A DNA stretch of 64,000 nt from an uncultured Desulfospira sp. (GTDB lineage Bacteria > Desulfobacterota > Desulfobacteria > Desulfobacterales > Desulfobacteraceae), in contig OY760175.1 in NCBI GenBank assembly GCA_963663165.1, positions 4,224,001 to 4,288,000 on the forward strand. Reading direction: 5' to 3'. The notes under the pieces were generated by a model. It ran no database searches. It was not told where the DNA came from and saw only the letters and a program-made list of their open reading frames with translations. The number at the start of each line of letters is the position of its first letter. Positions within the stretch are counted from its first letter, which is position 1. The position numbers were made by a program, and so were the translations under genes. Shown piece by piece: positions 58,872-64,000 of the stretch.

Positions 58872-61403
58872 TTATACCGTATAATCTGTTTCCAAGTCGA
58901 TCTGGTCATAGGCCGTCATTGTTGTGGGATTCAATGCCTTGATTTTAAATTTGCCTTCAAATTCCATGCTCATTTTAATGGCCACCTTCACTTTCTCACC
59001 GGCCTTAAGCGTAATGACGCCGGTCGCGGGATTTACAGATCCGCCGGGCTTTGCCTCACCCACGACATTGCCTTTCTTGTCATGGGCTTCCAGCAAGATT
59101 TCAAACTCTTTATCAGGTGAAAATAGACTCTGGGAGATCGCCTGCACATCAATGACCGGCAACCTTGTTGTAATCCGTTTTGCGCCATTTTTATAGCTCA
59201 GCTCTATGGAAACATCCTTGTCATCGCCCAAGTTGCTTTGCTTCAACTGCAACTGGATCACCGGCACTACACACTCCTGGAGCGAACACCCACCATGGTA
59301 ATAAAGCAACCCGTCCCTATATGATGCCATGCTCAAAGGTCCGGCAAAACAGTTGTAATCTCCTTGGATACCAGCTTTTTCAGCCTCCACACAAAAGTGA
59401 ACGGCATCTGCCTGACCATCTCCTATCAAGGCCCGGTCATGGATATTCACCCAGTTCCCGGGCAATTTTGTACAGGTATCCCCGGGGCCTGCATGGGTAT
59501 TCATAAAAAATCCATGGTCTGTGGCAATGACCGCCTCTTCAAATCCTGCTTCCTGTAGCTTATGAACCGCCACACGAATTCGTTTAAGCGCATTGGTTAT
59601 TTCCGTGGGTGCCGTATCCGGATTATTTTCAAAATGCGTATCGATTTCCACAGACCTTAATACCAGCAGATCCGTATCCGGACTGATGTCAAAACGTTTT
59701 CGAACAAAATCCTCCAGCCGGGTCTCCTGGAAACGGCTTCCATACTTCTTTTGTATCAAATCCATGCGATGGGCAACATTGGTCACGACAATTCCATTGA
59801 CCTGGGGGGCAAACCCGGCATCGGTTTTGACCAGTTTAAAATCAACAGACGCACCGGGCAAAAGACCTGCCATTCCCACAGGGGTAATACTTGGCAGCTG
59901 CACCAATGCCGGTGTGATTTGTGCCTGGGTGTCTTCCAAAAGCTGCTTTTCCAGTTCAACACCCAGCTCATACCGCAGGGCATCCACCATGATCAAAGCA
60001 ATTTTATGGCCGCTGATTTCAAGTTTCGGGGCCACCATATTATCAAACACCTGGGTGTTCGCCATTCTGCCGGTGACCGGCCAGCCTGTCTGCTGAAAGT
60101 GCCTGGTGAAAAGAGACTGCACTTTTCCCGTGAGTACTCCATATTGCTTTCGCACAAACACCTGAACCGGCGTAAAAATCCCCTGGATATCTTTCCATAC
60201 ATAATCACTGACGGCCTGCTCAAATTCCCGGTGCCTCTGGTCCACCTCCCTGAACCGGCTGATATAAAAGTCAATCAGCGCGTCCATGGATTTCCCATGA
60301 TCCTGCAACGCCCGGTCATTATCCCGGCAGCATTCAATCAGGGTAACAGCAGATCGTAAAAAATCCCACTGGGCCTGGCTTTCTCCTTTGCCATGCCATA
60401 CCGAAGCAGCATGGTTTGAAATGATTCCCCGGGCCTGATCAATATCATCGTCCAGTAAGGCCGATATGGCATTTTTCAAAAAGGTCCGCTCTTCAAAGGG
60501 AAAGGTGTCTTTAATCCCCAGATCCCTGATATGGCTGCATGCCTCAACCAGGTTCAACCCTTGGGATTTGCTTTCTATGGATTCCGCACGCTGGACGTAG
60601 ATATTCTGGGTCCGCCGGTCATTTCGCAGGCGATCGCACAGATCTTCTATCAAAGGTCTGGCAGCCCCTGGTGCATGGGGGACATCGCTTAAACTATCGG
60701 GAAGGGATTCGGGCAGATCAAACATGAATTCGCTGAACAAAAGATAGCGCCACAATTCGTCTGCAATGGAAGACCAGGTTTTCCCTTTTGTTTTCAGGCC
60801 AAGTCCCATGCTGCCCTTTAAAAGGTCTTTTACCTCCCCCACCCAGGCGTCATTTCCTTTAAGCGCATCCAGCTGCCTGTCACTGGGACTGAGCAGGGCA
60901 AACAGGATATCCCGGGTGGATTCCACGGCCAACAACGCCCTCAGGTTGGGCCAGTTGAGACCGCCGCCAATGGCATCAATCACCGCAAAGCCTGGATTTT
61001 CATTTTCCGTGAACACAGCCCGCACCTGGGTGGCATGGTCAGGTTTGGCCTTCAGGCAGATGCTCAAATAAGTGTCCCCGTCACCGTCCGGAAAAATAGC
61101 GCCGCACGCCGGATAGAGCGCAAAGGGATCTCTTTGTTTTTCTTCATCTTCAATGGGTTTGGCTGCCGGCACATAAATCAGCAGCTGTTCTATCTCATTG
61201 CGGCCCAGGGCCGACAGCGCTTCAATGGCTTCGGCCCGGCTGGTGATACTGGAGGGACTTGCATCCACCACCCGGCGCGTGTCATCAGCCATTTCAAGGC
61301 ACAGCTGCCCATAGCGGCCATCCGGGTCATACACGGCTAAAACCTGCGCTTTTTGCAGGCGGGGTATTAATATCTCTTCCTGAATAAAGGCTTTTATGCT
61401 CAT
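58872..61403 (-). CDS. pglZ: BREX PglZ alkaline-phosphatase-domain protein
   Basis: MVDALRYE, LPSITPVGMA, ATDHGF and YYHGGCSLQECVVP motifs. Confidence 0.92.
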   Translation of the reverse strand: MSIKAFIQEEILIPRLQKAQVLAVYDPDGRYGQLCLEMADDTRRVVDASPSSITSRAEAIEALSALGRNEIEQLLIYVPAAKPIEDEEKQRDPFALYPACGAIFPDGDGDTYLSICLKAKPDHATQVRAVFTENENPGFAVIDAIGGGLNWPNLRALLAVESTRDILFALLSPSDRQLDALKGNDAWVGEVKDLLKGSMGLGLKTKGKTWSSIADELWRYLLFSEFMFDLPESLPDSLSDVPHAPGAARPLIEDLCDRLRNDRRTQNIYVQRAESIESKSQGLNLVEACSHIRDLGIKDTFPFEERTFLKNAISALLDDDIDQARGIISNHAASVWHGKGESQAQWDFLRSAVTLIECCRDNDRALQDHGKSMDALIDFYISRFREVDQRHREFEQAVSDYVWKDIQGIFTPVQVFVRKQYGVLTGKVQSLFTRHFQQTGWPVTGRMANTQVFDNMVAPKLEISGHKIALIMVDALRYELGVELEKQLLEDTQAQITPALVQLPSITPVGMAGLLPGASVDFKLVKTDAGFAPQVNGIVVTNVAHRMDLIQKKYGSRFQETRLEDFVRKRFDISPDTDLLVLRSVEIDTHFENNPDTAPTEITNALKRIRVAVHKLQEAGFEEAVIATDHGFFMNTHAGPGDTCTKLPGNWVNIHDRALIGDGQADAVHFCVEAEKAGIQGDYNCFAGPLSMASYRDGLLYYHGGCSLQECVVPVIQLQLKQSNLGDDKDVSIELSYKNGAKRITTRLPVIDVQAISQSLFSPDKEFEILLEAHDKKGNVVGEAKPGGSVNPATGVITLKAGEKVKVAIKMSMEFEGKFKIKALNPTTMTAYDQIDLETDYTV

Positions 61404-62027
61404 GCAATGGCTCCTGCAACAATCGACTGTACAGCTCCGCAGAACTTGTTAAAACTCAAAGAGCGGTTTTGATTGATATCCATACACCGGGCAACCTGTC
61501 TTGCACACTCTGCTTTGCGCAGCCCCCCTGCAAAATAAACCGGCCCGTTTTAAAATTCGTTCCAGGGCTTCCCAGGTGCCGCCCTGGATATTGTCGGGGT
61601 CCCGATAGGTCGCTTTTCCCGGAATGTTTTTGGGAACCTTGGGATACGCTGTTTTAACTGCGGCCCAGTCCCCGAAGTACCAGGATTCAAGCTCCTCGAT
61701 CACAATGCGGTTGGTCACCTTGAAATTTTCACCGGCCCGGGCGCATGATCTGGTTAAAAACCCGGCGTCCCTGGCATACTGCTCCAGCTGCTGTTTCAAA
61801 ATCATGCAGTCATCATCGTCCCGGTCCACCAGCACCAGGATCGACCAGGTGTCGGGCATCCATGCGCTATATCCTTTCAGCCGTGATGGCAGCTGTTTTA
61901 ACAGATCATCCTTGCACTGGAACCGGATAATCTGATGTTCAGCCCCATCCAGCATGCTGGGCAGCAGGATATCCAGAGCCGCTTCCATGGAATACTCCTC
62001 CACAAAAACGATCAGTTTCTCCAGCAT
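61400..62027 (-). pseudogene. DUF4276-family (TOPRIM-like) protein with a 1-nt frameshift near 61537-61539
   Basis: VFVEEYS, LVDRDDDDC and EELESWYFGD motifs. Removing one base gives GYFAGGLRKAECARQVA...* ending in an ATGA overlap with pglZ. Confidence 0.75.
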
Positions 62028-63268
62028 TATTTTTTCCCCTTTTTTATTGACTTGGGCGCGCCAAAGTTGACCAGGGGATCGCCAAAACCCAAATGACCTT
62101 CCATCCAGAGATGTCCGATGGAGCCGCCGGCTTCTATCATTTCAGGCATACCCGGGATATCAGAGACCCTGACCGCCTTGGTAAAACCGCTGTCATCCCG
62201 GTACAGGACACGCACTTCAGTATCCCGCATGGCATTGAGCAGAAACGGAGAGTGGCTGGTGATCAACAATTGTGCGTTTTCAGACGCAGCCCGGCACTCC
62301 TCGGCCAGTTCCGGCAGCAGACGGGGGTGAAGAAAATTTTCCGGCTCTTCAATGCCCACAAAACGCGGCGGTTCCGGATCATAAAGCACTGTCAGGTACG
62401 CCAGCATTTTCATGGTCCCGTCTGAGGCAAATTTTGAGAGCACCGGTTTTTCAAAGGGCGCGTCCTTGATCTGCAACAGCAGCCGTCCGTCCGGCATGGG
62501 GTCCGCATCAACGCGCTCCAGCCGGGGGATTCTTTTTCGAAGGATTTCAAATATCTTTTCAAGGCGGTCCGGGTGCTGCTCCTTTAAATACTGGATCACA
62601 TTGGGCAGATTGTCTCCTGTCTTGCTCAACCGCTCCTGGGGGCCTGCTTCGGGCTGGTTGCGGGTTTGATCAATGGAGAGATAGGAGACATACCAGTCCG
62701 TGATAAATTCTCGTAATGCCGCAATCCTTGGATGATCCGACAACTGTCCCAGGGTGTTGACAGCGATCAGATCAGGAGACGTCAGGTTGGATTCGGTGCG
62801 AACATCATCCACATCAGGGACCTCTCCGCTGACCGCTTTGCCCATGCCCCGGTGGAACTCCAGAAACCGGAAGGGCTGGCCCTTGCTGCCCCTGCGCCAC
62901 TGCAACCACTCATCCACCACTTCAGGGCCTTTTTTCCCTTCGTCAATGGCCAGATGATAGGTGATAATCGGTGTCTTTGGCGCTTCCCGGTACTTGAGTT
63001 CAAACACAATGGGGCCGTTTGCCCCCCGGGATTTAATCTCTTTTCCCCGGCCCCGGCGGTCCCAGGCATGGCGCAGGCCAAATTGAAAACATTCGGATAG
63101 AAAATTGAACAGATCAAAGATGGTGGATTTCCCGCTGCCGTTGGGGCCTAAAAGCACGGTCATGGGGGTGAGTTTATCCAGGGTGACATCTTTCAGCGCC
63201 CGAAAGTTTTTCACCTTTACCGACTCAATCCTTGGCATGCCTTTTTTCTTTGAAGATATATTGTGCAT
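62027..63268 (-). CDS. AAA_21/ABC-type ATPase
   Basis: [28 protein letters not shown] and TSHSP motifs; AGGAG precedes ATG 63268. Confidence 0.9.
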   Translation of the reverse strand: MHNISSKKKGMPRIESVKVKNFRALKDVTLDKLTPMTVLLGPNGSGKSTIFDLFNFLSECFQFGLRHAWDRRGRGKEIKSRGANGPIVFELKYREAPKTPIITYHLAIDEGKKGPEVVDEWLQWRRGSKGQPFRFLEFHRGMGKAVSGEVPDVDDVRTESNLTSPDLIAVNTLGQLSDHPRIAALREFITDWYVSYLSIDQTRNQPEAGPQERLSKTGDNLPNVIQYLKEQHPDRLEKIFEILRKRIPRLERVDADPMPDGRLLLQIKDAPFEKPVLSKFASDGTMKMLAYLTVLYDPEPPRFVGIEEPENFLHPRLLPELAEECRAASENAQLLITSHSPFLLNAMRDTEVRVLYRDDSGFTKAVRVSDIPGMPEMIEAGGSIGHLWMEGHLGFGDPLVNFGAPKSIKKGKK

Positions 63269-63284
63269 GGGTTTTATCTCCTGT

Positions 63285-64000
63285 TTACCCGGATAATTGA
63301 CCGGTTTCAATGATCTGTTGGATCAGATCCCGCATTTGGGTTTCCGACAGTTCTCTGGGCTGCCACTCCCATTTTGTCACTCCCGTATCTTTGCCCCGGC
63401 GGATGACCGGCACCTCTATCTCTTCCCAGAAATCGTTTTCCACATCATGGGCAATGGCAAGGCTCCGGTCTGTATGGCATTTTCTAAGCACCCGTTCCGG
63501 CCAGATGCTTCCGGCCAGGTGCGCCCAATCATACTCCCCTTTTTCCAATTTCTCCCAGGTTTCTTTCAGTTTTTTCTGCCATTGTTTGTGCTGGAACAGT
63601 TTCCACAAGGGAGCTGCCGTGATCTGGACCCCGTCGTTCAGGTTGGGTTTCCAAAATTTAGCAATCCGCAGCAGTTCATCCCTGAAATCCTTCAGCTCGG
63701 CTTCCAGGTCGGTGAGTTTTGCCAGCTCTTTTTCTTCGGCGGTGCTGCGATTAGATTTGCTGCTTAAATCGTTCAGGTCATCTGTGACGGATTTAAGTTT
63801 TGGCTCAACAAAATCATTTATGCAGGTATAGAGGGTTTGTTCACTTATTTGGGGATAATACACCCAGAGCCTATAAGACCCAGAAGGTATAGAGAAGGGC
63901 CAATAAATTGGAGCGATTCGTTTACTTCGACTATATGTTTTTAAATGATAATTTAAGAACTCATTTTTCAAGCACTGAAGAACATCAATTGTAATTTCAA
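63285..64000 (-). CDS. pglX: BREX PglX adenine methyltransferase, C-terminal part (runs off the window edge)
   Basis: [36 protein letters not shown] and DRSLAIAH motifs; lies upstream of pglZ. Confidence 0.8.
   Translation of the reverse strand, partial: EITIDVLQCLKNEFLNYHLKTYSRSKRIAPIYWPFSIPSGSYRLWVYYPQISEQTLYTCINDFVEPKLKSVTDDLNDLSSKSNRSTAEEKELAKLTDLEAELKDFRDELLRIAKFWKPNLNDGVQITAAPLWKLFQHKQWQKKLKETWEKLEKGEYDWAHLAGSIWPERVLRKCHTDRSLAIAHDVENDFWEEIEVPVIRRGKDTGVTKWEWQPRELSETQMRDLIQQIIETGQLSG

Overview
A 64-kb chromosomal window from an anaerobic deltaproteobacterium. The gene content suggests a Desulfobacteraceae-like organism, but that is inferred and not proven. Bases 1-51.6 kb are mostly metabolic and transport genes: iorA start, hslO, a Phd/VapC toxin-antitoxin pair, macAB with an outer-membrane factor, deaD, an aconitase-X + TRAP + enoate-reductase cluster, two corrinoid methyltransferase modules with an ASKHA activator, a TonB/ABC/CooC uptake operon, a P1B ATPase, and a cytoplasmic Mo/W oxidoreductase operon. 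Bases 51.8-64 kb hold the 3' half of a BREX defence locus (pglX, AAA ATPase, DUF4276, pglZ, brxL). The main finding is a 4,206-bp transposable element (52670-56875) with TG...CA ends, imperfect ~29-bp terminal inverted repeats and a perfect 6-bp target duplication (ACAAAT). It has split brxL, and removing it restores the reading frame. It encodes a Cys-rich/HTH protein, a Mu/IS481-like DDE transposase, an ExeA-like AAA+ ATPase and a complete RepB'-type (RSF1010-like) primase, so it is a candidate primase-carrying, possibly self-priming, transposon. All family calls come from motif recognition by eye; no database searches were run.
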